The notes under the pieces were generated by a model that saw nothing but the letters and a program-made list of their open reading frames with translations, was not told the DNA's origin and searched no databases. This document shows, one piece after another, positions 39,663-51,595 of a stretch of DNA of 64,000 nt (position 1 is its first letter; every line of letters starts with the position of its first letter). The DNA is taken from contig NC_043012.1 of the NCBI RefSeq assembly GCF_006345805.1, forward strand, positions 28,148,001-28,212,000, in the 5' to 3' direction. This DNA is from Octopus sinensis (lineage: Eukaryota). The translations under genes and the position numbers were made by a program.

Positions 39663-42269
39663 ACAGTAATGAACTCTAATAAACTAGCTAACGTACGAAG
39701 ATACATTCTCAACGCAAAAAAAATAATATCAGAAATAGAAATAGAACATCTAAAAGAAAAAATACACCAGGAAAATGTAGATAGAAGCCACACAACAATG
39801 CCCAATAATATAAACACTGAAACAGTAAAACACGAAGACAAACGTAACATTCCCAACAAACACGATGTAAACAAAAAACAACAAACCCAGACCGTAAGGA
39901 TGCATAATAATACACGACAAACAGCAAGCCAAAACACGACAAACAAACATATAAATAAGAAAGAAAGCGACACAAATCTAAAACCTGGAAACAACGAAGG
40001 GGAGCCTAATGATTATGATGGGGAAAACCATCTTAATTCCCAAATCAAATGAGACAGCAAAACCAGAAAACTACAGACCAATAACCTGTCTCCCTACAAT
40101 GTACAAGGCATTTACTGCAGTGATATCGCAAAGGTTGAACAAGCACCTGGACGAAAACAACCTGTTTCCAGAAGAGCAGAAAGGATGCCGCAAAGGCTCA
40201 TATGGCTGTAAAGATCAACTAATGATTAATAAAGCCATAACTGAAGACAGCCACAGAAAGAAGAAAGGCCTCAGTATGGCCTGGATCGACTACAAAAAGG
40301 CGTTTGATAGCATCCCCCACACATGGATCCTCGAAACACTAGCCATTAACAAAGTAGCACCAACAATTATAAAATTCATAGGACACTCTATGAATAAATG
40401 ACAAACAGTGCTACAGCTCCAAACAAAAGAGGGACTCATGAAAACCAAAGCCATCCCCATTAGAAGAGGAATATTCCAGGGAGACACGCTCTCTCCACTC
40501 CTTTTCTGCTTGGCACTGTCACCTCTATCTGATATGCTAAATAGAACTGGATGCGGATATAAATGTTACGGCAAAACGATCAGCCACCTTTTATATATGG
40601 ATGACCTAAAACTATACGCTGCAAATGACAAACAGCTGGAAACACTATTAAAGACAGTTCATGGATTTACCAAAGAAATAGATATGAAATTTGGATTAGA
40701 AAAATGCGCCAAAGTAACCCTGAAAAGAAGAAAACTAGTTAAGAGTAGCAACATCACACTTGATAAAACCAATGAAATAAAAGAATTAGACCAAAGCCAA
40801 ACTTACAAATACTTAGGAATCCATGAACTAGATAAGACACAACACACACAAACGAAAGAGAAAATAAAAAAGAATATTATAGACGAGTTAGATCAATACT
40901 AAAAACAGAGCTCAATGCTAAAAACAAGTTACAGCTACAATACCCTTAACTGGACACTAAATAAACTGACCAAAATAGGTAGGAAAACAAGAAAAATAAT
41001 GACAGGATCTAGGATGCATCACCCAAAATCTGACATAGAAAGACTATATATACAACGTATAGAAGGTGGTAGAGGCCTTATACAGCTAGAAAACTACTAT
41101 AAAATAACCACCATAGGACTGCAAAAATATCTACTTCAGAAGGAAGGAAAACTGATACAAATAGCGGCAAAACACGAGCAAAACAAAAAACTGTTCTCAG
41201 TATTTAAAGAAGCTGACAAATACAAACAAGAAATCATACCACATAATAATTATGAAGAAGAAGAAGAAGAAGAAGAAGAAGAAGAAGAAGAAGAAGAAGA
41301 AGAAGAAGAAGAAGAAGAAGAAGAAGAAGAAGAAGAAGAAGAAGAAGAAGGTGAAGAAACAACAAAAGCTATAAAACAAATGAAATCTAAACTAAAAATA
41401 GAACAGCAACGAACCATGATAAAACGATGGCAAGAAAAGCCCCTTCATGGTAAATACTGGACTAAACTAAACGCAAAAGAAATAGACAAAGAAAAATCCC
41501 AGCAATGGTTGAGAAGCTCAGGACTCAAAGCAGAGACAGAGGGATTTTTAATTGCAGCACAAGACCAAAGCCTCCCCACCAGAAATGACCAAAAACAAGT
41601 AATGAAAAGAAATATAACAAGTAACTGCAGAATATGTGGAGATGGACAAGAAACAATAAATCATATTATCTCTGGCTGCCCAGTCCTGGCTAAGAAGGAA
41701 TATATTCACAGACATGACAGAGTTGGAACCTACATACACTGGAAGCTATGCCAACATTATGGAATAACAACAGAAAAAAGATGGTATAGGCACACACCAG
41801 AAAGCAACCATACTCTGGGATATGCCGATACACACAGATAGAGAAATTAAGGCCAACAGACCAGATATAGTTGTCAGAGACCATGAAGAAAAAACATGCT
41901 TTCTAATTGATGTATCAATGCCGGCAGATGACAACGTGTCTCTAAAAGAAATGGAGAAACTTTCAAAATACAAAGACCTGGAAATAGGGGTAACCAGAAT
42001 GTGGAATCTAAAAACAGAAACAATTCCTATCATAGTAGGTGCATTAGGCATGATAAAAAAATATTCAGACAAATACATAACAAAAACACCAGGACTTACA
42101 AACACATATAACATACAGAAAATTGCACTACTAGGCACTGCACACATCCTACGCAGAACGCTTTCCATACAATAACCATCAGAGCATCACAACAAATCAC
42201 AGCACACACCTAAGGCACACAGAGCTGCGCTCGGTAGTGAAGTGAAAGCACGCTATAAAAATAAAACTA

Positions 42270-42274
<5 letters not shown>
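39660..42274 (+). mobile_element. Dong/R4-clade RLE LINE, internally deleted and disrupted
   Basis: NYRPITCL, WIDYKKAFDS, FQGDTLSPLLF, YMDDLKLY, YKYLG, CRIC...H...C, RHD, RPDIVV, EKLSKY across ORFs 40009-42175. (TAA)n on both flanks. Confidence 0.9.
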
Positions 42275-42339
<65 letters not shown>

Positions 42340-42510
42340 TAATAATAATAATAATAATAAAGAAAGCACTCTCCATCTAAAATGGAACAAATGTGTAATA
42401 ATTTTAGTATGCATAGCAAAATAAAAGTTCCCTTACTACTCTTGGCCTCCGGAGGATACCCGTTACTTAAGCAGCTGAAAGAAAGTTATAATGAAAGGAA
42501 ACCATAAATT

Positions 42511-42572
<62 letters not shown>

Positions 42573-42826
42573 GCTTTCATTTATTTGCCACATGAGCGAA
42601 GGATGAGGGAGACAATACAAAGACAGACATAAAGTGTGGGCTTTTACATATAATGTGAAAAAAAGGGGTTAAGAATACACTCTATACACTGACAAAGAAG
42701 GGACATATACATAGTATATGAAGGTTTAATAATAATATTGAGTAAGCTCAGAAATATTTGGTTATCTGACTTCCAAATATCCTATCCTTCAGCAAAGCAG
42801 TTCCTCACCTTGCCCGCATACATACA

Positions 42827-42857
<31 letters not shown>

Positions 42858-42884
42858 TATATGTGTGAGTGTGTGTGTGTGTGT

Positions 42885-42923
<39 letters not shown>

Positions 42924-42925
42924 TG

Positions 42926-43322
42926 TGGAGGTGCAATAGCCCAGTGGTTAGGGCAGCGGACTCGCGGTCGTGGGATCGCGGTTTCTGTTCCCAGACCGGG
43001 CGTTGTGAGTGTTTATTGAGCGAAAACGCCTAAAGTTCCACGAGGCTTCGGCAGGGGGGGGGGGTGAACCCTGCTATACTCTTTCACCACAACTTTCACT
43101 CTTTCTTCCTGTTCCTGTTTCTGTTGTACCTGTGTTGTACCTGTATTTCAAAAGGCCAGCCTTGTCAAGCACTGTATCACGCCGATCTCCCTGAGAACTA
43201 CGTTAAGAGTACACGTGTCTGTGGAGTTCTCAGCCACTTACACGTTAATTCTACAAGCAGGCTGTTCCGTTGATTGGATCAACTGGATCCCTCGTCGTCG
43301 TAGCCGACGGTGTGCCACGTCA
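42926..43322 (+). mobile_element. tRNA(Arg-like)-headed SINE, family S3
   Basis: Head GGAGGTGCAATAGCCCAGTGGTTAGGGCAGCGGACTCGCGG...GTTCCCAGACC with degenerate A and B boxes, then an unrelated body and a TA tail. Confidence 0.6.
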
Positions 43323-43329
43323 TATATAT

Positions 43330-43510
43330 ATATATCTTTTTTTACTCTTTTACTTGTTTCAGTCATTTGAAAATCGACTCCAGGACTTATTCTTTGTAAG
43401 CCTAGTACTTATTCTATCGGGCTATTTTGCCGAACCGCTAAGTTACGGGAACGTAAGCACACCAGCATCGGTTGTCAAGCGATGTTGGGGGGACAAACAC
43501 AGACACACAA

Positions 43511-43555
<45 letters not shown>

Positions 43556-43766
43556 ACACACACACACACACACACAAATATATATATATATATATATATA
43601 TACGACGGGATTCCTTCAGTTTCCGTCTACCAAATCCACTCACAAGGCTTTGGTAGGCCCGAGGCTATAGTAGAAGACACTTGCCCAAGGTGCCATGCAG
43701 TGGGACTGAACCCAGAACCATGTGTTTGGTAAGCAAGCTACTTACCACACAGCCACTCCTGCGCCT
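43330..43766 (-). mobile_element. SINE family S2, near full length
   Basis: Minus strand AGGCGCAGGAGTGGCTGTGTGG (A box), GGTTCAGTCCC (B box), CORE-like GGCACCTTGGGCAAGTGTC, internal microsatellite and AAAGAGTAAAA tail. Confidence 0.8.
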
Positions 43767-43771
43767 ATATA

Positions 43772-45053
43772 TTGGGTTGTCCGGAAAGTCCTTGCCGATT
43801 TATAGTAGCTTACCTTTTGACTTATTTTAGAACATGGTTGAGTCCATAAAATAGGATTTGACTACACCTCCATTTAGAGCACAGTTTAAGCTATCTTTTT
43901 GTGGAAGAAGCTTTATGTTCTTATAACCTCTGTTAATTCTGTAACCCTTTAAAATGGAAGATAAGACAGTTCATTTTCGGTACTTGATGATTTTTTTTTC
44001 CGTAAAGGGAAAAATGTCTCACAAGCAACGAAAGAAATATGCGCAGTTTACGGTGATGTTTCTTTATCCGAAAGAACAGTACGAAAGTGGTTCGCAAGGT
44101 TCCGAGCAGGAGATTGTAGCCTTATTGATAAAGAGCAATCAGGCAAATCATCCACTACGGATGATGACCAAATCAAGTCATTAATTGAGAACAACCCACA
44201 TTGCTCAACCCGAGAATTGGCAGAAAGCCTCAGCCTGTCAAAATCTGTCGTTCATAAGCACCTGGTAACCTTGGATACACAAATCGCTACGATGTTTGGG
44301 TACCACATGAGTTGAGTGAGAAGAACCTTTTGGATCACATTTCCATCTGTGATTCGCTTTATAAACGGAATTAAAACGCGCCTTTTTTAAAGCAAATTGT
44401 GACAGGTGATGAGAAATGGATTATCTACCGAAATGTTCAGAGAAAGCGATCCTGAGGAAAGCTACATGAGCCACCCTTAGCCACCCCAAAAGCGGGTCTT
44501 CAACCTAAAAAAGTCTTGCTTTGTGTCTTGTGGGATTGGAAAGGAATTCTGTACTATGAGCTTCTCCCAAGTAACCAGACAATTAATTCTGAGAAATAAT
44601 GCACACAACTGGACGAGTTAAAAGCAGCAATTCAAGAGAAACATCCAGAATTGGCCAACAGGAATAGTGTTGTTTCCCAACATGATAATGCAAGACCGCA
44701 CGTTTCTTTGGGAACCAGACAAAAATTGCTGCAGCTTGGCTGGGATGTGTTAACCCACCCTCCTTATTCACCAGATATTGCTCCTTCGGATTTCTACTTA
44801 TTCACGTCTCTGCAGAATAGTCTTAATGGTAAAAATTTCAATTCCTTGGATGACGTAAAAAGATACCTTGATGAATTATTTGCCATGAAACCACTTCAAT
44901 TCTGGGAAGAGGGTATTTTCAAGTTAAGGAAAGATGGAGACACATTGTGCAACAAAATGGTTCATAAAATGGTTGATTAAAAATGTAATGGTAAGTATTT
45001 ATTGACCTTTTTCTTTCCTTTAAAAATCGGTACGAACTTTCCGGACAACCCAA
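43772..45053 (+). mobile_element. Full-length defective mariner, copy 1 (1282 bp)
   Basis: TIRs TTGGGTTGTCCGGAAAGT.../...ACTTTCCGGACAACCCAA, TA on both sides, motifs VTGDEKW, HDNARPH and HPPYSPDIAPSDF, with stops and frameshifts. Confidence 0.92.
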
Positions 45054-45065
45054 TACACACACATA

Positions 45066-45119
<54 letters not shown>

Positions 45120-45291
45120 ATACGACGGGATTCCTTCAGTTTCCGTCTACCAAATCCACTCACAAGGCTTTGGTAGGCCCGAGGCTATAGTAGAAGACAC
45201 TTGCCCAAGGTGCCATGCAGTGGGACTGAACCCAGAACCATGTGTTTGGTAAGCAAGCTACTTACCACACAGCCACTCCTGCGCCTATATA

Positions 45292-46574
45292 TTGGGTTGT
45301 CCGGAAAGTCCTTGCCGATTTATAGTAGCTTACCTTTTGACTTATTTTAGAACATGGTTGAGTCCATAAAATAGGATTTGACTACACCTCCATTTAGAGC
45401 ACAGTTTAAGCTATCTTTTTGTGGAAGAAGCTTTATGTTCTTATAACCTCTGTTAATTCTGTAACCCTTAAAATGGAAGATAAGACAGTTCATTTTCGGT
45501 ACTTGATGATTTTTTTTTCCGTAAAGGGAAAAATGTCTCACAAGCAACGAAAGAAATATGCGCAGTTTACGGTGATGTTTCTTTATCCGAAAGAACAGTA
45601 CGAAAGTGGTTCGCAAGGTTCCGAGCAGGAGATTGTAGCCTTATTGATAAAGAGCAATCAGGCAAATCATCCACTACGGATGATGACCAAATCAAGTCAT
45701 TAATTGAGAACAACCCACATTGCTCAACCCGAGAATTGGCAGAAAGCCTCAGCCTGTCAAAATCTGTCGTTCATAAGCACCTGGTAAACCTTGGATACAC
45801 AAATCGCTACGATGTTTGGGTACCACATGAGTTGAGTGAGAAGAACCTTTTGGATCACATTTCCATCTGTGATTCGCTTTATAAACGGAATTAAAACGCG
45901 CCTTTTTTAAAGCAAATTGTGACAGGTGATGAGAAATGGATTATCTACCGAAATGTTCAGAGAAAGCGATCCTGAGGAAAGCTACATGAGCCACCCTTAG
46001 CCACCCCAAAAGCGGGTCTTCAACCTAAAAAAGTCTTGCTTTGTGTCTTGTGGGATTGGAAAGGAATTCTGTACTATGAGCTTCTCCCAAGTAACCAGAC
46101 AATTAATTCTGAGAAATAATGCACACAACTGGACGAGTTAAAAGCAGCAATTCAAGAGAAACATCCAGAATTGGCCAACAGGAATAGTGTTGTTTCCCAA
46201 CATGATAATGCAAGACCGCACGTTTCTTTGGGAACCAGACAAAAATTGCTGCAGCTTGGCTGGGATGTGTTAACCCACCCTCCTTATTCACCAGATATTG
46301 CTCCTTCGGATTTCTACTTATTCACGTCTCTGCAGAATAGTCTTAATGGTAAAAATTTCAATTCCTTGGATGACGTAAAAAGATACCTTGATGAATTATT
46401 TGCCATGAAACCACTTCAATTCTGGGAAGAGGGTATTTTCAAGTTAAAGGAAAGATGGAGACACATTGTGCAACAAAATGGTTCATAAAATGGTTGATTA
46501 AAAATGTAATGGTAAGTATTTATTGACCTTTTTCTTTCCTTTAAAAATCGGTACGAACTTTCCGGACAACCCAA
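45292..46574 (+). mobile_element. Full-length defective mariner, copy 2 (tandem duplicate)
   Basis: Identical to copy 1 except for three short homopolymer indels seen by eye. Confidence 0.92.
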
Positions 46575-46588
46575 TACACACACACATA

Positions 46589-46648
<60 letters not shown>

Positions 46649-46649
<1 letters not shown>

Positions 46650-46860
46650 TAGCAGAGATACCCGGCGTTGCCCGTGTTACATTCAATTGAAGAATTAGAC
46701 TTTTCTGTTATATTTTCTGTAATTAACTGGAATATCTATGTTTCGAATTTCATCAAAATTGCAGATGAGAGTTATTTCCCTCTTTACACATCCTAAAAAA
46801 ATTGTAATCGTGCCACATTTATCCCATACTACTGATTTTTATGCACATATTCCAACATTC
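46649..46860 (-). mobile_element. Helitron-like 3' terminus; extent uncertain
   Basis: Minus strand CGGGCAACGCCGGGTATCTCTGCTAG-T resembles the end at 13204-13233. Confidence 0.45.
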
Positions 46861-48402
46861 CAGTCTTATTGAACCTGTTAAAAGGATTTTGCACCTGAAA
46901 AATGAAGGTTCTGGAGCTCTAAAATGTGAAAGTTAAGGCCCCTGTTGAGGGTAGGTGTCTTAATGTCAAGCAGAGAAGTTGAATTGTTGAGAATCTTTTT
47001 AACTTGGGTCTTATATCTATTGTTTGAATTCCTTTGAAATAGGAAATATATGTTTACTGGGTTTGTAAAAGAGACCAAAGCTACAGGAAACAAAAAGACG
47101 AATGATCACATTGCGTATGTGCGTGTATGTGTTTATATCTTCCATTGTATATTGGCGAATTATATAAACACCGATGAAAGAATGGTTGCTCCTCTAAAAA
47201 CCTTCATCATGTTACAGATACTCTGTTCACTAGAAATGCGGTAAACTTGTGGTTTTCACCTTTTACAAATCAAAATTATAAGTGTATAAATCTCGGCTAA
47301 TAGCGACACACATTACAAGAAAAATGCGTCAACTAGAAGAATTTTGTTGAGTTTAACACAAAACAAAGCTACCAATACCAATATTTTGTACATATATTGA
47401 ATGAAAGCAACGGGACTGTGCTAATATATGTGTGAATTTTTTTTTTTTAAAAGCAAATGGCTTGTCGAAATATATATCCAGATGTAGAGTTAAAATGTCC
47501 ATGTCTTCTATGGTGTGTTAAAGAAATGGGAAATTTTTGGATTATTCATGTTGTATGATACGAAATTATTGTGACATTAAGAGGTACGAGACGTCGCAAT
47601 CCGATCGAAAAGGAAAAAGAAAGCACGCAAACGCAAGCACCCATACTCACATTCGCACGCACAAACTTATACACAAGGGAGATATACTACGTGTAACTTG
47701 AAAGAATATTTTGGGTTTTGTAGCAAAAGTTTATTTAAAATAATTCGAAGTATCTGTGGCAGTTTTAGTTTAAGACATGGTACACGCATTTTCAAGTAAA
47801 TAGCTGCCCAATCATCGGTTTAAAATTTTGGCACAAGGCCAGCGATTTCGGCAGTGGGGTAAGTTGATTATATCGATCCAGAAAGGACAAATTTATTATT
47901 CTAGCGATCCCGAAAGGATGAAATGCAAAACCGACTGCTGTACAATTTGAACTCAGACGGATAAGCAACCACCAAGTATTTTGCCCGGAGTGCAAATGAT
48001 TCTGCCAGCGGGCCGCCTTGGATAATCACGTACTTATTAACAACTTTTGTTATGTTTTTTGGGCTCAAGAAATTAAACTTCTTAACTGGGTTGTGAACAC
48101 ATTCTTGAATACATATTACCACAAAATTGTTAAAAGTTTTACAGCAGAAGAAATTTTCTCTGGCGAGATTTCGACCGTGATGGAGAAATTATTATCATAG
48201 TAATGCCACTAACGTTTGACACACTTTCCTTTTAAACGAGCATTTTTTGTAACTTGTACCTCAATGAACTTAACGCGTTATTTTTATATGCATTAAACTT
48301 ATTAAGTTTGTTTATTTTAATTGTTATTGTCGTGATGACTAGTCCGAAACAGAACTGTTTGCTTTGTCTTTATCATGATGCTGTTTTTGATTCTCCTTTC
48401 AG

Positions 48403-48677
48403 GAAGCAAAGAAACAGCTTTCATTTATGCTATTTTGAGCGCTGGCGTTGTACACGCCGTGACCCAGTCCTGTAGTGCAGGCAATTTAACTGACTGTAGT
48501 TGTGACATGAACCGATATGGCGAAAAGGATGGTGAGGGCTGGGAATGGGGAGGATGCAGCGACAATATTCATTATGGCACCTGGTTCTGTAAGATGTTTG
48601 TGGATGCGCCCGATGCAAATTCCAAGCGTGACACACGTAACCTCATGAATATTCACAATAATGAAGTCGGCAGAAGG
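48403..48677 (+). CDS. Wnt16: Wnt16-like internal coding exon (probable exon 3)
   Basis: Acceptor ctttcag|GA at 48401-48402 completes the Gly codon begun by the previous exon; donor AGG|gtaagt at 48678. Encodes SKETAFIYAILSAGVVHAVTQSCSAGNLTDCSCD...EGWEWGGCSDNIHYGTWF...MNIHNNEVGRR. ETAFIYA, SCSAGN and G.WF match the Wnt16 subfamily from memory better than Wnt7. Confidence 0.93.
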
Positions 48678-49275
48678 GTAAGTAAAGCAATCAAGAGTTT
48701 GCATGTTCGTAAATGTTGATCTTGCTCGATTCCCTCACGCTCTTTTGAGGATTTGCTTACTCTTCATCTCACCAGTTATTTATTTCAGTTTGTCAGAGTA
48801 TTGGGTGTCAGATTCCGAAAGACAGAGAAAGAAAAAAGATATGTATATAAATCGATGTGTGTGTGTGTGTGTATTGTGTGCGCTCGCGCGCTCACAAGGT
48901 CAGAGAATAAAAGAAAAAAGTATATCATAGATAAAGAGGCAAACACACATAAATAGTTATTTACATATATCTATAAATATATTTGTATATATATTTATAT
49001 ATGTGTTTATATATACATGCATATAAATTATGGGAATTGGCAATATCTAACAATGATCCGTGACTTCATTCCAGACAGGGAATCTGCGGACTAGGACTTG
49101 GGAAATGTGTGCTGCTGGGCATTTGATTCTATTTGTGCGTAAATGCATATTATATACTTACATTCATGTTTATACATACTTGCGGACATATCTATATGTT
49201 TGTCTGTCAGTTTTCTATCAGTCTGTAGGTGGATTTGTGTGTCTGTTTATGAGTGTATATATATATATATATATT

Positions 49276-51075
49276 ATGGCTGTACCCTCGTTATCGAGTA
49301 TGGCCATTGTACGAAGCTCAACTGTTATTGGTGCTGTGATCGAATGTGACTTTTTAGCCCAGCTAAAGATCTACAATGTCTTGTACAGAATTGGCAACTA
49401 AAACCTTTACCGGTAATAGCCGGCTGTAGTTGTAACTGGGCTTCATGTACCTTTGCATGTTTAAGTCCTCCTGCCGAATTACACTCTCTTCCACATGCCC
49501 GACAGATATGATTAGTATGGTGTGTTACATAACCACCAGTGGCCAGGTTGTCACTCATCTATCTCGCTTTATGACTACGAAGATGAATTTTGAGTCCAGC
49601 TTTACTGAGGCAGGGTCTTGCACAGACATTGCATGTCAGCATCAAAGGAAGACCCTTCCCATCTGGAAGTGTAACAGCGATGCCCTTCCTGACATCCCTC
49701 CTTACTTTCTCATGTGCAACTCGCGATTTCTCAAAAGTGGCTGTCCCCTCGTGCACAATCCTTCTCCACTTGCTATGATCAATAGCTATGCCTTCCCATG
49801 TGTCAGGAGAGATGCAAGCATCTCTTAAGGAAGCCTTCAGCAAGTCCTTATACCTCTTTTTTGATTTATGTGGAGGTCGTTCTCCTTTAGCTAACTCTCC
49901 ATAAAAGAGTTGTTTTGGCATCCTTGAATCCTTCATCCTGACCAGATGACCACTCCATCTGAGCCTTTGCTTTAACACAAGAGCTTCTATACTTTCACAC
50001 CGAGAGCCTTCCAATATTTCAAGATCACTGATGCGGTCCTTCAACTTAATGCCATAGATCCGTCTGAGGCATATCTGATGGAAATGTTCCAGTTGTTTAA
50101 GGTGGTATCGATATGTGACCCACGTCTTGCAGGCATAGAGAAGAGAAGGGAGCACACATGCCTTGTACACCTTTATCTTTGTCTTTCTGCATATGTCTCG
50201 CCGACTCCAGAGGCGCTTTTCTAGCCTTCCGAAAGCAAGACTTGCTTTCCTAATTCTATATGGAATTTCATCATCCACATTGCCATATCTATTAATAGTG
50301 CTTCCCAGGTAGACAAACTGATCAACTACATCAAGTCGTTTACCATACACATAGATATTTGGTACACTATACTGCTTACCAGGCGCAGGTTGGTGCATGA
50401 CAACAGTTTTCTTGAGATTGACTGTCAATCCTAAGGCAGTGCAAGCATCAGAGAATGCATTCAAAATGTGTTGCATATCAATCTCTGTGTGTGCTACTAG
50501 CTCACAATCATCTGCATACAAAAGGTCTCTTATGATAGAGGTAAATACCTTTGTTTTTGCAGCAAGGCGCCTGATATTAAATATGCTGCCAGAGGCAAAC
50601 ACACATAAATAGTTATTTATAAATGGACGTAAATAAATAGTTATTTACAAATGGTCAGGATAAATGGACGTAAACACCGTATCTGCAGTTTCTGAATGCA
50701 TCGCAAAATATATAGAAAATAGGGTCGGTGCCAGAATATCTCCCTGTTTCACTCCATTTTGTATTGAAATGGGCTCCGACATTTTCCCTCTAACATTCAC
50801 CCTACCATTCATGTCTTCATGAAAAGACCTAACCAAAGCAAGGAACTTTTCAGGACACCCAAGTTTCTGAAGGACTTTCCACAATGCTTTTCTATTGACG
50901 GTATCAAAGGCTTTTGTCAGATCGACAAAAGCCTGATACAAATCCAGACCCTGTTCCACACACTTCTCCTGAAGCTGTCTAGCTGAAAAGATCATATCAG
51001 CAGTGCGACGTCCCACACGAAAGCCAGATTGACTTTCCGGAAGAACACAATCTGCAATTTATTTCAACAGACGGT
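49276..51075 (-). mobile_element. 5'-truncated RTE-clade LINE with C-terminal C2H2 fingers
   Basis: FVDLTKAFDTVNR, GVKQGDILAPTLF, LYADDC, FVYLGSTI, LRWSGHLVRM...PKQLFYGEL (ORFs 50645-51016 and 49559-50602), followed by C2H2 motifs. Confidence 0.9.
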
Positions 51076-51222
51076 CCAGAAGTATCGTAAAGAATATGCA
51101 TGAGATATACACATATATATACATAGTAAAAAGGTAATAAAATAAGTTATTATTACCGGCAATGGTCTTAAAATGTCTAACATATATATATATATACATA
51201 CATACATACATACATATATATA

Positions 51223-51304
<82 letters not shown>

Positions 51305-51509
51305 CTCATAAACACACAGACACATATGTGTGCTTACTCAGATAATTTTTAAATTATGAGAGTGGCTGATGATTTCGAAATTCGAAAGCAAGATGACAAA
51401 TCAAAGTATCTCTCAATATACAAGTATTTCCACTCTGCTAAATGGAGTTAAGTACCTTATCTTAAAGTGAGATTTTCTAATTATTTGAATGGCTATTTTG
51501 CTAGATACA

Positions 51510-51570
<61 letters not shown>

Positions 51571-51595
51571 ACACGCACACACACGCACACACACA

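Noticed and set aside
42926-43005. tRNA-Arg gene
   Set aside because: No clean cloverleaf, degenerate B box, and it runs straight into a SINE body.
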